DNA of 64,000 bases from positions 3,136,001-3,200,000 of the forward strand of contig OY970355.1 in the NCBI GenBank assembly GCA_963718525.1, read 5' to 3'. This DNA comes from Candidatus Dormiibacterota bacterium (GTDB lineage: Bacteria; Chloroflexota; Dormibacteria; Aeolococcales; Aeolococcaceae). Position 1 is the stretch's first letter, and each line of letters begins with the position of its first letter. The notes under the pieces are model-generated. The model saw only the letters and a list, made by a program, of their open reading frames with translations. It made no database searches and was not told the DNA's origin. Below, in pieces: positions 40,473 to 51,766 of the stretch. A program made the position numbers and the translations under genes.

Positions 40473-40859
40473 GTGGCCGTCGGGATTGTACTGGTCTCAC
40501 ATAGCCCCCAGTTGGCTGCGGGGCTGACGCTTCTCGCCGGTCAGATGGCGGGGCCGGACGTGCATATCGAGCCCGCCGGCGGCGATCAGGATGGAGGTCT
40601 CGGCACTTCGGACACCCTGGTGCGCGCCGCCATCGAGCGTGCGGATCAGGGTGACGGCGTGCTGTTGCTGTGCGACCTCGGCAGTGCCATTCTCACCGTG
40701 CGCGAGGTGCTCGATGGCAACGGTAACGGCCACATCCGGCTCGTCGACGCTCCCTTCGTGGAGGGCGCCGTCGCGGCTGCGGTCATCGCGTCATCCGGCG
40801 CGGCGCTCGATGAGGTTGCGAGAGCCGCAGAGGAGGCACGCGATGCTCGCAAACTCTGA
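40473..40859 (+). CDS. dhaM: Dihydroxyacetone kinase phosphotransfer subunit (EIIA-type)
   Basis: VGIVLVSHS, AGG...GLGTS, LCDLGSA, DAPFVEGAV. Confidence 0.92.
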   Translation: MAVGIVLVSHSPQLAAGLTLLAGQMAGPDVHIEPAGGDQDGGLGTSDTLVRAAIERADQGDGVLLLCDLGSAILTVREVLDGNGNGHIRLVDAPFVEGAVAAAVIASSGAALDEVARAAEEARDARKL

Positions 40860-41112
40860 GGCGACGATGACGCTGCCGGAAGGCGTGGCGCTGCATGCAC
40901 GTCCGGCCGCGCTGTTCGTGCGCACCGCCATGCGCTTCCGCTCGAAGATCATCGTGGCCGCCAACGGACGCGAAGCCGACGCAAAGAGCATCCTCAGCGT
41001 GCTCGGTCTCGGGGCGACCGCCGGCACCACGCTGCTCGTACGCGCGGACGGCGAAGATGCCGCAGCGGCGCTCGACGCGCTCGCCGAATCGCTAGCCGGC
41101 GTCGTCGAGTAG
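40843..41112 (+). CDS. ptsH: Phosphocarrier protein HPr
   Basis: LHARPA (phospho-His) and ADAKSIL (regulatory Ser); GGAGG RBS. Confidence 0.93.
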   Translation: MLANSEATMTLPEGVALHARPAALFVRTAMRFRSKIIVAANGREADAKSILSVLGLGATAGTTLLVRADGEDAAAALDALAESLAGVVE

Positions 41113-42779
41113 CGAGCGGAGCGGGCGTTCCAGCGTCTCCACCTCGGCAGCCGACTCGGCCTCGAGTGCACGGCGCGCGATGTCGGCGGCCTCCTCGTAG
41201 TCGAGCGCTCGCACCCACGCTCGAACACGTGCGACGGCAGCTGCTCCGACGCTGAGCTCATCGACTCCGAGCCCCACCAGCAGGGGCATCACCACCGGGT
41301 TCGACGCCGCCTCGCCGCACACCTCGACAGGAATTCCGGCGGCGCGAGCTGAAGCGACCGTGTCCGAGATCAGCCGGAGGACCGCGGGATGATGCGCGGG
41401 GGCGCCGCCGGGCCGTGTCCGGTCGATACCGAGCTGGAAGCTGGTCAGATCGTTGGTGCCGATGCTGAACATGCCCACCTCGGGCGCGATGCGGTCGGAC
41501 ATCACGGCAGCGGCCGGGACCTCGACCATGGCGGCAACCAATGGAACACGACTCCCGCTTCGAGCGGCGATCGGCTCGATGGCCGCCCGCACCGCTCGCA
41601 CCTGGCCGGGCTCGGTCACCATCGGGATCAACACCCGGAGCTCGGTGGCGTCTCCGGCATGGAGGATGGCTTCCAACTGGGCCGAGAGCGCCTCGGCATC
41701 CTCGAGCAGCAGCTCAACGCCGCGTCCATGGACTCCTTAAGAAAGGGCGGCGTTTTATCGCCGCCAAAATCCAGGAGGCGAACGGTCGCGGTCAAGGACC
41801 TGAGCTGACGCAACGCCGGGTCCAGGATCCTGCGGTGTTCGGCGATTGTCGGCCAGTGCCTCGCCTCCAGGAACGCGAGCTCAGTGCGAAACAGGCCGAC
41901 GCCGTCGGCTCCTGCCTCAAGCGCCTCGCGCACCTCGGTGGCCGTGGCGGCGTTGGCGAGCACGCGCACCATCCGGCCGTCGCGCGTCACGGTCGGAAGG
42001 GCGCGTGACTTCATGGCGCGCGTTCGCGCCAGAGCGGCCGCCGCGATCGCGCTCCGCGCCGCCGCCACCCGATCGCTGTCTGGTGACGCGATCACGATGC
42101 TGCGGTCGGCGTCGACGATGCAGGGTTCCCCCGCCCCCAGCTCGAGTACGTCCGCACCCAGGCCGACGACCATCGGGAGCCCGAGCCCGCGAGCAACGAT
42201 CGCGGCATGCCCCGTGACGCCTCCAACGGCGAGGGCGATCCCTCGGATGTCGCCGTCGAGCTCGATGACGTCAGCCGGGCCGAGATCCGACGCCACGAGA
42301 ATGGAGTCGCCACCACGGCTTCGATCGGTGCGCCCCTCCTCGCCGGAGGCGAGCCGCGAGGCGCGCCGGGCGAGGCTGCGCACGTCAGCCGCTCGCGCGG
42401 CCAGTTCGGGGTCGTCGAGCATGTCCAGCTGCACCGCGAGGCCCTCGACCTCGGTGAGAATCGCGCTCGCCGGAGTGAGTCCGCGATCCACGACCGCGCG
42501 CTCGACCGCCGTGATGAGCACCGGGTCCTCCGCCATCATCGTCCCAGCGTCGAGGATGTCGGCCTCGTCGACGCGGCCGTCAGCTCGGAGCTTCACCGCG
42601 AGCGCCTCGAGCTCCTGCGCCGACCGCGCAAGTGCGTCAAGAGCCCGTGTCGCGGCGGCGGGTCGCGCACCCTCGTCGAGGACGGTGCCGTCGACCTCGC
42701 CGGAGGCGTCGAGACACCTCACCGCACCGAACGCGATCCCCGGTGATGCCGGAACGCCCGCGAGCACGCGCTCCGTCAT
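41092..42779 (-). CDS. ptsI: PTS Enzyme I, split by a 1-bp deletion near 41736
   Basis: GVPASPGIA, GGVTGHAAIVAR, GVGLFRTE, DFGGDK | LIPMV, MVEVP, SIGTNDL, VCGE. Adding one G (AAG GGA GTC) joins the frames. Confidence 0.88.
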
Positions 42780-42783
42780 CTTA

Positions 42784-43434
42784 TTAAGGAGTGCCCGCCA
42801 CCGTCCGTTCGAGGGCGCGGATGATCATCGCCGTCGAGGTCGCTCCCGGATCCTGATGACCGATTGAGCGTTCTCCCAGGTACGACGCACGTCCCTTGCG
42901 AGCCTGCATCGGGATCGTTGCCCGCATCCCCGCCTCCGCCGCCTCCGATGCGGAGCGAAGCATCTCTCCGCGCGACGCCCCCCGCGCCAGCCCCTCTCGC
43001 ATCGCGGTCACGGCCGGCTCCAGCGCATCGACCATGGTCTTGTCACCGGGCACGGCGGCACCGAGATCCTGGATCGATGCGAGCGCGGCGGCCATCGCAT
43101 CCACCAGCTGGGCGAGGTCGAACGTCGGTCCATCGCCGAGGGCGCGCCCTGCCTTGCGCAGCGCCGAGCCCCAGAGTGGGCCGCTGGCACCCCCGACCGT
43201 GGACACGAGGGTCTTGCCGGAGAGGATCAGCAACTTGCCGGGAGTCCCGTCCGGCTCCGTGCTCAGGGCGAGCGTCACGGCATCGAACCCTCGATTCAGG
43301 TTGATGCCGTGGTCGCCATCGCCGATCGCCGCGTCGAGCTGGACCAGGTAGTCCCGCTCGGCGCGGACCGACGCGGCGATCTCATTCATCCACGCGGTGA
43401 CGGTCTGCGCGTCCATTGCTATAGCGACCGCCAC
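42784..43434 (-). CDS. dhaL: Dihydroxyacetone kinase subunit L
   Basis: LDAAIGDGDHG.N..RGF, GGASGPLWG, GDKTMVDAL, KGRASYLGERS.GHQDPGA. Confidence 0.96.
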   Translation of the reverse strand: MAVAIAMDAQTVTAWMNEIAASVRAERDYLVQLDAAIGDGDHGINLNRGFDAVTLALSTEPDGTPGKLLILSGKTLVSTVGGASGPLWGSALRKAGRALGDGPTFDLAQLVDAMAAALASIQDLGAAVPGDKTMVDALEPAVTAMREGLARGASRGEMLRSASEAAEAGMRATIPMQARKGRASYLGERSIGHQDPGATSTAMIIRALERTVAGTP

Positions 43435-43441
43435 GATAGCA

Positions 43442-44463
43442 TCAGCCTCCCCAGCGCAGGGCTGCCGTGTGCACGGGCGCGTCCCACAGCGCTGTCAGGT
43501 TGTCGTCGAGCTCCACAACCGTCAACGACGCGCCCGCCATCTCGAGCGAGGTGATGTAGCTGCCGACCAGGTTTCGAATCGGGTTGAGCCCGGCGGCGCG
43601 CAGCCGCTTGTCCACCTCGCCGTACAGGAGGTACAGCTCGAGCAGCGGCGTGCCGCCCATGCCGTTGACGAAGGCGAGCACGTTTGCGCCAGACTTGGCA
43701 GCAAGGTCCGAGGTAACGGCCTCGACCATGATGTCGGCGATCTCCGCGGCGCTGCCGAGTGGGGCGCGACGGCGGCCCGGCTCGCCGTGGATGCCGATGC
43801 CCACTTCCATCTCGCCCTCGGGCAGATCGAAGATCGGAGTACCTGACGCCGGCGGGATGCACGACGACAATGCGATGCCGAAGGAACGACCGCGAGCATT
43901 GACCTGCTTGATGACGCTGACGACGGCTTCGAGCGAGTCCCCCGCTCGGCGGCAGCACCGCCGATCTTCTCGGCGATCACGGTCGCGCCGACGCCTCGGC
44001 GTCCGGCGGTATACAGGGAGTCCTGGACGGCGACGTCGTCGTCGATCACGATCGCCTCGACCTTGACGCCGTCGTCGGCGGCCTCGTCGGCGGCCATCTT
44101 GAAGTTGAGAACGTCACCGGTGTAGTTCTTGACGATGTGGATGACCCCTGCTCCACCATCGACAGCCTTGGTTGCGGCGAGCATCTGATCGGGAACCGGC
44201 GAAGTGAACACTTCGCCGGGGCAGGCTGCGTCGAGCATGCCCTTGCCGACGAAACCGCCATGCAGCGGCTCGTGCCCGGAGCCGCCGCCCGAGATCAGGG
44301 CGACCTTGCCTTTCACCGGCGCGTCCTTGCGAACCAGGATCTGGTTGGCGACGTCGTACCGGAGGATGTCCGGCACTGAGGCGGCGAGCCCGGCAAGCAA
44401 CTCTTTGACCACCTGGTCCGGCTCGTTGATGATTTTCCGCATGCGCCTGGTGGCTGTGGCCAT
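43442..44463 (-). CDS. dhaK: Dihydroxyacetone kinase subunit K, split by a 1-bp deletion near 43940
   Basis: [22 protein letters not shown] | [16 protein letters not shown]. Adding one G to the G5 run restores ERGDSLEAV. Confidence 0.93.
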
Positions 44464-44481
44464 GGCTCGACACTCCTGTTA

Positions 44482-44496
44482 TTCGACATTATCGAA
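44482..44496. promoter_or_regulatory. IclR/GylR-type operator upstream of dhaK
   Basis: TTCGACA-T-TATCGAA near-palindrome, similar to 40395-40409. Confidence 0.65.
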
Positions 44497-44629
44497 CGTT
44501 GGTCGGAAATTACTCTTTTCGCGAGGCTGCTGTCAATGGGTTTGTTGAGGCGGTCCGTGTGGGGCGTCTGACAATGCTCTCGGGCCGGCGCGATGGCCGC
44601 GGGGCTTGGCGGGGTAGGCTCGCTTCTGC

Positions 44630-45664
44630 ATGGCTGGCAGAGCTTTCGTCACCGGCGCGACCGGCTTCCTTGGACGGGCGATCGCCGAGGAGCTGCTTGC
44701 CGCCGGTCGGCCGGTGCGCGCCCTCGCCCGGTCCGGCGCGGCAGCTGAGCGGCTTGCTGCGCTCGGGGTGGAAGCGGTCCGCGGAGACCTCCGCGACCCG
44801 GGGTCGCTCGAGGCCGCATTCGGGGGATGCGAGGTGGTCTTTCATGCGGCGGGGGTCAACGCCTTCTGCCTGCCCGATCCCCGGCAGATGTTCGAGGTCA
44901 ACGTCGCCGGATCGAGAGCCGTGGTGCGCGCCGCTGCGACTGCGGGAGTCGCCCGGCTCGTGTACACCTCGTCGGCAGCCACCCTGGACGTGGCCTCCAA
45001 GGGCGGCGGAGGCCATCGCGGCGCTGGTCGGTTCCTCTCGAAGTACGCGCGGTCCAAGTACCTGGCCGAGCAGGCAGTCCTGGAAGCCTCCGCGAGCAGC
45101 GGCCTCGACGTCGTCTGCGTCAATCCGGCCTCGGTACAGGGGCCGGGGCGGACGAGCGGAACCGCGAGGCTGCTGATCGGCTACCTCAACGGCAAGCTTC
45201 CCGCGGCAGTCGACGGGCCGCTCAACGTCATCGATATCGCCGATTGCACGCGCGGCCACGTGCTCGCCGAGGCGCGCGGGGTGGCGGGGGAACGATATCT
45301 CCTGTGCGGAGCATCCATGACGCTGCGCTCCGGACTCGCGCTGCTGTCCCGGCTCACCGGACTCGAGGACCGCCCTCGATTCCTTCCGCCTCGGGTTGCA
45401 CTTGCCGCGGCCGCGTGCATCGAGGCCGTCGCCCGTGCACGCGGGAAGCACACGCGGTTCTGTCGCGAGATGGTTCGGACCCTGATCGAAGGGGCCTCAT
45501 ACGACGGATCGGCCGCAGCGCGAGACCTGGGGCTGGACTACACGCCGATCGAAACCACCATGCGCCGCACGATCAGCTGGTACATCGATCAGGGCCTGAT
45601 CCTGCGGCCGCTGCCGGGCTTCACCCCGCCGGCCGCAGAACCTCAGCGCACCGGCGGCGTCTGA
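44630..45664 (+). CDS. Extended SDR / NAD-dependent epimerase-dehydratase (HpnA/DFR-like)
   Basis: VTGATGFLG, VFHAAG, VYTSS, YARSK. Confidence 0.9.
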   Translation: MAGRAFVTGATGFLGRAIAEELLAAGRPVRALARSGAAAERLAALGVEAVRGDLRDPGSLEAAFGGCEVVFHAAGVNAFCLPDPRQMFEVNVAGSRAVVRAAATAGVARLVYTSSAATLDVASKGGGGHRGAGRFLSKYARSKYLAEQAVLEASASSGLDVVCVNPASVQGPGRTSGTARLLIGYLNGKLPAAVDGPLNVIDIADCTRGHVLAEARGVAGERYLLCGASMTLRSGLALLSRLTGLEDRPRFLPPRVALAAAACIEAVARARGKHTRFCREMVRTLIEGASYDGSAAARDLGLDYTPIETTMRRTISWYIDQGLILRPLPGFTPPAAEPQRTGGV

Positions 45665-46314
45665 TCAACCGCGGCCGCCGCAGCGACAGGTGCCGCAGGG
45701 CGACGACGCAGTCCCGGGAGGCGCAGCGTGAAACGGTTCTCCGTCCCCTGCATCAGCCGCTCGATATTGGCGCGATGCAGCACGATGATGGCGATCGCTG
45801 CGCCGACGGTGAACAGCACCTCCGCCCATGAGCCGCCGAACACCAGCACCAAAGGCGGCAGCGCGAGCGACGCCGTGATCGATGCCACCGAGGTGTATCG
45901 GGTGGCGAGCAGCACCATCCACCAGAGCACTGCCATGACCACCGATGCGAGCGGAGCCATGACGAGCACGACGCCGACTGTCGTCGCGACGATCTTGCCG
46001 CCGCGCTTGAAGCCGAGGAACAGTGGCCGCCAGTGCCCGATCAGGGCGCCGGCTCCGGCGACCACCGCACCGGTGCGCCCGCCGGCGGCGAGTCCGAGCG
46101 CCGCGGCGGCCGAACCCTTGCCGATGTCGAGAACGGCGACGGCGAAGAACATCTTGAAGCCGGCGTGACGCCAGACATTCGCCGCTCCTGTGCCTCTGCT
46201 CCCGACCTCGCGTATGTCCTTCCCGGTGAAGAACCTCGAGAGCCAGTATCCCCATGGGAGACTCCCGAGTGCGTATCCGGCCACCCCCAAAAGCACAATG
46301 GTCAGGAGGCTCAC
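45643..46314 (-). CDS. plsY: Acyl-phosphate:glycerol-3-phosphate acyltransferase
   Basis: YALGSLPWG, DIREVGS.GTGAAN, DIGKG, GH..P.FLGFKRGGK.VAT, HRANI.RL..GTE. Confidence 0.93.
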   Translation of the reverse strand: MSLLTIVLLGVAGYALGSLPWGYWLSRFFTGKDIREVGSRGTGAANVWRHAGFKMFFAVAVLDIGKGSAAAALGLAAGGRTGAVVAGAGALIGHWRPLFLGFKRGGKIVATTVGVVLVMAPLASVVMAVLWWMVLLATRYTSVASITASLALPPLVLVFGGSWAEVLFTVGAAIAIIVLHRANIERLMQGTENRFTLRLPGLRRRPAAPVAAAAAVDQTPPVR

Positions 46315-46371
46315 CCATCGATTCTAGAGGCAATTCCCGGGCCCTGCCGCTGACCGCCTGGAGGTGGTGGG

Positions 46372-46926
46372 ATGCACACTGACGCGGTGACGCGGCACCT
46401 CACGATCCCCAATCAGCTGACCATCCTGCGCATCCTCCTCGTGCCCGTCATCGGAGCCGTCCTCGCGATCGATTTCACCGACCATTTCCAGATCAGCGCG
46501 GTGGCCTATGTGACCGCCGCGGCGACCGACACCCTGGACGGGCGGATCGCCCGAAGCCGCAATCTCGTCACCGAGCTCGGCAAGTTTCTCGACCCGCTGG
46601 CCGACAAGCTGCTGGTGATCACCGTGCTGGTGATCCTGGCCACCCAGTCGCTGCTTCCGGCGTGGGTCGTCCTGATCGTCGCCGCACGCGAGTTCCTGAT
46701 CACCGGGCTGCGATCGGTGGCCGCCGCTCAGGGGGTCGTGGTCAGCTCAACGCCATGGGGCAAGTCCAAGACGCTCACGCAGAACTGCATGATCCTGCTG
46801 ATCATCCTGGCGCAGCCATATTCCTGGCTCAAACCCGCGGCGGTGGCCTTCATCTGGATCGCGGTGATCGCCACGGTGCTCAGCGGTCTCGACTACCTGT
46901 GGCGCTACCGGCGCTTCGTGATCTAG
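46372..46926 (+). CDS. pgsA: CDP-diacylglycerol:glycerol-3-phosphate phosphatidyltransferase
   Basis: PNQLTILR, TDTLDGRIAR...GKFLDPLADK, REFLITGLR, GKSKT. Confidence 0.93.
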   Translation: MHTDAVTRHLTIPNQLTILRILLVPVIGAVLAIDFTDHFQISAVAYVTAAATDTLDGRIARSRNLVTELGKFLDPLADKLLVITVLVILATQSLLPAWVVLIVAAREFLITGLRSVAAAQGVVVSSTPWGKSKTLTQNCMILLIILAQPYSWLKPAAVAFIWIAVIATVLSGLDYLWRYRRFVI

Positions 46927-46938
46927 GGGGGCCGGAGG

Positions 46939-48429
46939 TCAGTCGTCGTCGTCGACCCAGTCGAGGGTGCGCTGGACCGCCTTCTTCCATTTGCGGTAGC
47001 CCCGATCGCGTGCGTCCTGATCCATGTTCGGGACCCACTCCGCCGCCTTGTGCCAGTTTGCCCGGAGGCTCTCGACGTCCGGCCAGAATCCGACCGCGAG
47101 GCCGGCGGCATATGCGGCGCCGAGCGACACGGTCTCCGCAACGTTCGGGCGCACGACCGGCACCCCGAGCACGTCGGCCAGGAACTGCATTAGCAGGTTG
47201 TTGGCCGTCATACCGCCGTCGGCCTTGAGCGTGGTCAGCTCGATGCCGGAATCGGCATTCATCGCATCGACGACTTCGCGCGTCTGCCATGCGGTGGCTT
47301 CGAGCACCGCGCGAGCCAGGTGGCCCTTGGTGACATAGCCGGTCAGGCCGGCGATGACGCCCCGCGCGTCGCCGCGCCAGTGCGGAGCGAACAACCCGGA
47401 GAACGCGGGAACGAAATAGATGCCTCCGTTGTCGTCGACGGTGCGTGCCAGGGTTTCCACCTCGGGCGCGCTCCCGATGAGCCCGACCTTGTCGCGGAAC
47501 CACTGGACGAGCGCGCCGGTGACCGCGATCGATCCCTCGAGCGCGTAGCTCGCGGGCTCATCGCCGATCTTCGACCCCACCGTGGTGAGCAATCCATGCC
47601 CGGACAGCACTGGCCGCTCACCGGTGTTGAGCAGGAGGAAGCTCCCGGTTCCATACGTGCACTTGGCCTCCCCCGCCGAGAAGCACGTTTGACCGAACAG
47701 CGCCGCCTGCTGATCGCCGAGCGCCGCAGCGATGGGCACACCGCCCAGGGTGTCGCCGGCCTCACCGTAGATCTTCGACGAGGATTGGATCTCCGGCAGC
47801 ATGGCTCGAGGGACCCCGATCGCATCGAGCAGGGTGTCGTCCCAGTCGAGCGTCGTCAGGTTCATCAGCATCGTGCGGCTGGCATTGGTGACGTCCGTGA
47901 CATGGCGGCCGGTGAGATTCCAGACGAGCCAGCTGTCCATCGTGCCGAAGAGCAGGTCACCCTCCTCGGCGCGTCGTCGCAGGTCGGGTGCGCTGTCGAG
48001 GAGCCAGCTCACCTTCGGGCCGGAGAAGTACGTCGCGAGCGGGAGCCCACAGCGTTCGCGGAAACGATCCTGGCCGTGCTCAGCGGCGAGATTGCGGCAG
48101 AGGGCGTCGGTGCGCGTGTCCTGCCACACGATCGCGTTCTGCACTGGCTCCCCGGTGTGGGGGTCCCAGACGACGGTGGTCTCGCGTTGGTTCGCGATGC
48201 CGACCGAGACCAGGTCGCGCACATCGAGACCGCCGCTGTCGAGGGCGCCGTGGACGACCTCGATGACATTGCGCAGGATCTCGCGAGGGTCGTGCTCAAC
48301 CCAACCCGGACGCGGAAATATCTGTTCGTGTTCCTTCTGGCTGAGTGAAACGATGCGACCCTGGTGATCAAACACCAGGCAGCGCGACGAAGAGGTTCCC
48401 TGATCGATCGCAGCGACGTAGCTGTTCAA
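46939..48429 (-). CDS. glpK: Glycerol kinase 1
   Basis: [47 protein letters not shown]; TTG start inferred. Confidence 0.96.
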   Translation of the reverse strand: MNSYVAAIDQGTSSSRCLVFDHQGRIVSLSQKEHEQIFPRPGWVEHDPREILRNVIEVVHGALDSGGLDVRDLVSVGIANQRETTVVWDPHTGEPVQNAIVWQDTRTDALCRNLAAEHGQDRFRERCGLPLATYFSGPKVSWLLDSAPDLRRRAEEGDLLFGTMDSWLVWNLTGRHVTDVTNASRTMLMNLTTLDWDDTLLDAIGVPRAMLPEIQSSSKIYGEAGDTLGGVPIAAALGDQQAALFGQTCFSAGEAKCTYGTGSFLLLNTGERPVLSGHGLLTTVGSKIGDEPASYALEGSIAVTGALVQWFRDKVGLIGSAPEVETLARTVDDNGGIYFVPAFSGLFAPHWRGDARGVIAGLTGYVTKGHLARAVLEATAWQTREVVDAMNADSGIELTTLKADGGMTANNLLMQFLADVLGVPVVRPNVAETVSLGAAYAAGLAVGFWPDVESLRANWHKAAEWVPNMDQDARDRGYRKWKKAVQRTLDWVDDDD

Positions 48430-48466
48430 GCGCACTTCCCTCGTGCCGGCTGATGCAATGGAGAGT

Positions 48467-49231
48467 TCACCACGGAACCGCACCAAGGTCGCGGGATATC
48501 GTGCGCGCTCCCTCGCGGACGAACGCGACCAGCTCGCTGCGCGGTTGGTCGCCCTCGCAGAGTCGTTCCGTCGGTCCGGAGATGGCGATGGCGCCGACCG
48601 CGGCACCCTGCCGGTCGCGTATCGGCGCTGCGAATGACGTCTCACCTTCGATCAACTCTTCAGCCGACGACGCCCATCCCTGCTCCTGCACGCGCTCGAT
48701 CTCGATCGCGAGCTGTTTGGGGTCGGTGATCGTGCAATTGGTGAAGCGGGGCAGGGATCCGTTGCCCAGCTCGGCTGTCAGATAGGGGTGATATGCGAGC
48801 AGGACCTTGCCCATCGCGGTTGCATGCATCGGGAGCAGCGCGCCCACCTCGAGCACCTGGGGGCTGTTGTCCGGACGGAACACGTGGTGCACCAGCAGCA
48901 CCTGGCGGTCATGCAACGTCCCCAGGCGCACGCTCTCGTTGGTGCGTGCAGCCAGCCAGTCCGCCCAGTTGAGCGCACGGGTGCGCAGCTCATTGCCGTC
49001 GAGGTAGCTGCTGCCGAGGTGGAGCAGCGCCGCACCCATTCGGTACTTCCCCGACTCCGGGTCCTGCTCGACGAATCCGACGGACAGGAGCGTGCGCATG
49101 ATGCCGTAGACCGTCCCCTTGGGCAGCCCGAGCTCGCCCGCCACCTCGGCAAGGCTCAACCGGCGGGTGCGCCCGGACAGCAGGCGGAGGATCGCCGAGG
49201 CTCGTTCGATGGATTGGATCGGTTTGGGCAT
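48467..49231 (-). CDS. IclR family regulator (GylR-like) 2
   Basis: [38 protein letters not shown]; divergent from glpF. Confidence 0.93.
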   Translation of the reverse strand: MPKPIQSIERASAILRLLSGRTRRLSLAEVAGELGLPKGTVYGIMRTLLSVGFVEQDPESGKYRMGAALLHLGSSYLDGNELRTRALNWADWLAARTNESVRLGTLHDRQVLLVHHVFRPDNSPQVLEVGALLPMHATAMGKVLLAYHPYLTAELGNGSLPRFTNCTITDPKQLAIEIERVQEQGWASSAEELIEGETSFAAPIRDRQGAAVGAIAISGPTERLCEGDQPRSELVAFVREGARTISRDLGAVPW

Positions 49232-49363
49232 CGGACCTAAGCCTAGCAATTCCTTAATAGGGCAAAAGGGCCATTTCCACAGGTGATTGACAATGCCCTA
49301 CGGACGAGGGTAGTGTCCGCACACCCAATCAGGGGTAGAAGATCGCCAAGGAGGTGGCACGTT

Positions 49364-50083
49364 ATGCCGAACCACATCTTTTTCTCGGAGGTCATAGGAA
49401 CAGGCCTACTGATCCTTCTCGGGGATGGCGTCGTCGCCGGCGTGCTGCTGTCCAAGTCGAAGGCCGAGAACAGCGGGTGGATCGTGATCACCTTCGGGTG
49501 GGCGATGGCAGTGGCGATGGCGGTGTACGCAGTGGGTCAGTTCGACGGCGCGCATCTCAACCCCGCGGTTACCCTCGGGCTGGCCGTGATCGGCGTGACC
49601 CAATGGTCCAACGTTCCCCAGTACATCGGCGGTGAACTGGTCGGAGCTTTCATCGGGGCGGTCCTGGTGTGGGTGCACTACAGCCACCACTGGAAGGAGA
49701 CCGAGGATCCAGGTCTGAAGCTCGCGGTCTTCTGCACCGGCCCTGCGATCCGCAACGTGGCCTTCAACTTCATCAGCGAGGTCATCGGCACCTTCGTGCT
49801 CGTCTTCGGGGTCGTCGCCATCACCTCCAAGGGCAATGGCCTGGTAGGTGGGCTCGCCCCGCTGATCATCGGCCTGCTGGTCTTCGCGATCGGCCTCTCC
49901 CTGGGCGGTCCGACCGGGTACGCGATCAACCCCGCCCGCGATCTCATGCCCCGAATCGCGCACTTCCTGCTCCCGATACCAGGCAAGGGAGGGTCCGATT
50001 GGGAATACGCGTTGATACCGGTTGTCGGGCCGATCGTCGGCGGCATTCTCGGCGCGATCGTTGCCCACCAGCTTCCCATCTAG
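49364..50083 (+). CDS. glpF: Glycerol uptake facilitator (aquaglyceroporin)
   Basis: GAHLNPAVT and GYAINPARD motifs; AAGGAGG RBS. Confidence 0.96.
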   Translation: MPNHIFFSEVIGTGLLILLGDGVVAGVLLSKSKAENSGWIVITFGWAMAVAMAVYAVGQFDGAHLNPAVTLGLAVIGVTQWSNVPQYIGGELVGAFIGAVLVWVHYSHHWKETEDPGLKLAVFCTGPAIRNVAFNFISEVIGTFVLVFGVVAITSKGNGLVGGLAPLIIGLLVFAIGLSLGGPTGYAINPARDLMPRIAHFLLPIPGKGGSDWEYALIPVVGPIVGGILGAIVAHQLPI

Positions 50084-50141
50084 GCATCGCCGCCGACCGC
50101 ACGGCGACACGTGAACGACGCATGGGCGAAAGGAGTTTTTG

Positions 50142-51632
50142 ATGGCCAAATACGCAGCAGCGATTGATCAGGGAACCACCAGCACGCGCTTCATGGTGTT
50201 CGATCACAGCGGCAAGGTTGTCTCTGTCGATCAGAAGGAGCACGAGCAGATTTTCCCGAAGCCGGGCTGGGTGGAGCACGACCCGCTCGAGATCTGGGAG
50301 CGCACCCAGGACGTCGTGCGCGCCGGACTCGGCAAGGTGGCGATCGCCGATCTCGCGGCGGTCGGCATCACCAATCAGCGCGAGACCACGGTTGTCTGGG
50401 ATCGTGGCACCGGCAAGCCTGTTTACAACGCGATCGTCTGGCAGGACACGCGAACCGACAAGATCGTCGATCAACTGTCGGCGGACGGCGGTCAGGACCG
50501 CTTCCGCGCGAAGGTCGGCCTGCCGCTCGCAACCTATTTCTCAGGTCCCAAGGTCAAGTGGATCCTCGACAACGTTGACGGAGCTCGAGCCAAGGCGGAT
50601 GCCGGCGATCTCGCCTTCGGCAACATCGACGCGTGGTTGATCTGGCTGCTCACAGGTGGCACGGACGGCGGCGTGCACGTCACCGACGTGACCAATGCGA
50701 GCCGGACGATGCTCATGAATCTCGAGACGCTTGATTGGGACGACGAGATTCTCAGCATCATGACGATCCCCCGGTCGATGCTCCCGGCGATCCGGGCGTC
50801 GAGCGAGACCTACGGCACTGCAAAGGGCGTGCTTGCCGGCATCCCCGTGGCAGGCGACCTCGGCGATCAGCAGGCAGCCCTGTTCGGGCAGACCTGTTTC
50901 GCGGTCGGCGAGGCGAAGAACACCTATGGCACCGGGAACTTCCTGCTCCTCAACACGGGCACGAAGCCAGTGCAGTCGAAGAACGGTCTGCTGACCACGC
51001 TTGCGTACAAGATGGGCAGCGCCGACGCAACCTACTGCCTCGAAGGTTCGATCGCGATCACGGGCGCGCTCGTGCAGTGGCTGCGCGACAACCTGGGCAT
51101 GATCGAGAAGTCCTCGGACATCGAGGTGCTCGCCAAGACGGTTGATGACAATGGTGGCGCATACTTCGTACCGGCGTTCTCGGGCCTCTATGCCCCCTAC
51201 TGGAAGTCGAGTGCTCGCGGCGTGATCGCCGGCTTGACTCGCTACGTCAACAAGGGCCACATCGCCCGCGCGGCGCTCGAGGCGACCGCATGGCAGACCC
51301 GCGAGATCGTTGATGCCATGAACGCCAACTCGGGGGTCGCGCTGACCTCCCTCAAGGTCGACGGCGGCATGGTCTTCAACGACACGCTGATGCAGTTTCA
51401 GTCCGACGTGCTCGGCGTCCCCGTGGTGCGCCCGACCGTTGCGGAGACGACCTCGCTTGGTGCCGCCTATGCCGCCGGCCTCGCCGTCGGATTCTGGGCC
51501 CAGGTTGAAGACCTTCGCGAGAACTGGGGCAAGGACAAGGAATGGACCCCGCGTATGGACAAGGCCGCCGTCGCCAAGGAGTACGCGCTCTGGAAGAAGG
51601 CCGTCACTCGGACCTTCGACTGGGCGGAGTGA
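50142..51632 (+). CDS. glpK: Glycerol kinase 2
   Basis: [45 protein letters not shown]. Confidence 0.97.
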   Translation: MAKYAAAIDQGTTSTRFMVFDHSGKVVSVDQKEHEQIFPKPGWVEHDPLEIWERTQDVVRAGLGKVAIADLAAVGITNQRETTVVWDRGTGKPVYNAIVWQDTRTDKIVDQLSADGGQDRFRAKVGLPLATYFSGPKVKWILDNVDGARAKADAGDLAFGNIDAWLIWLLTGGTDGGVHVTDVTNASRTMLMNLETLDWDDEILSIMTIPRSMLPAIRASSETYGTAKGVLAGIPVAGDLGDQQAALFGQTCFAVGEAKNTYGTGNFLLLNTGTKPVQSKNGLLTTLAYKMGSADATYCLEGSIAITGALVQWLRDNLGMIEKSSDIEVLAKTVDDNGGAYFVPAFSGLYAPYWKSSARGVIAGLTRYVNKGHIARAALEATAWQTREIVDAMNANSGVALTSLKVDGGMVFNDTLMQFQSDVLGVPVVRPTVAETTSLGAAYAAGLAVGFWAQVEDLRENWGKDKEWTPRMDKAAVAKEYALWKKAVTRTFDWAE

Positions 51633-51766
51633 GGGCCACTCCAAGGCCGATGTAGCAGACTGGAATCTGTTCTCCGAGGGAGCCCGGCGGCGCCGTCACC
51701 GCGGCGTCGACCGGGTCTCCGCCGGGTTCGAACGCGACCAGAGGCAGGCTCAAAAGGAGATCCATC

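Noticed and set aside
41092-44463. ptsI and dhaK as true pseudogenes or programmed frameshifts
   Set aside because: Each has a single indel at a short G run, no further decay, and no evident slippery heptamer with a downstream structure; sequencing error is more parsimonious.
44630-45664. hpnA / hopanoid cluster
   Set aside because: Only generic extended-SDR similarity; no shc or other hpn genes in the window.
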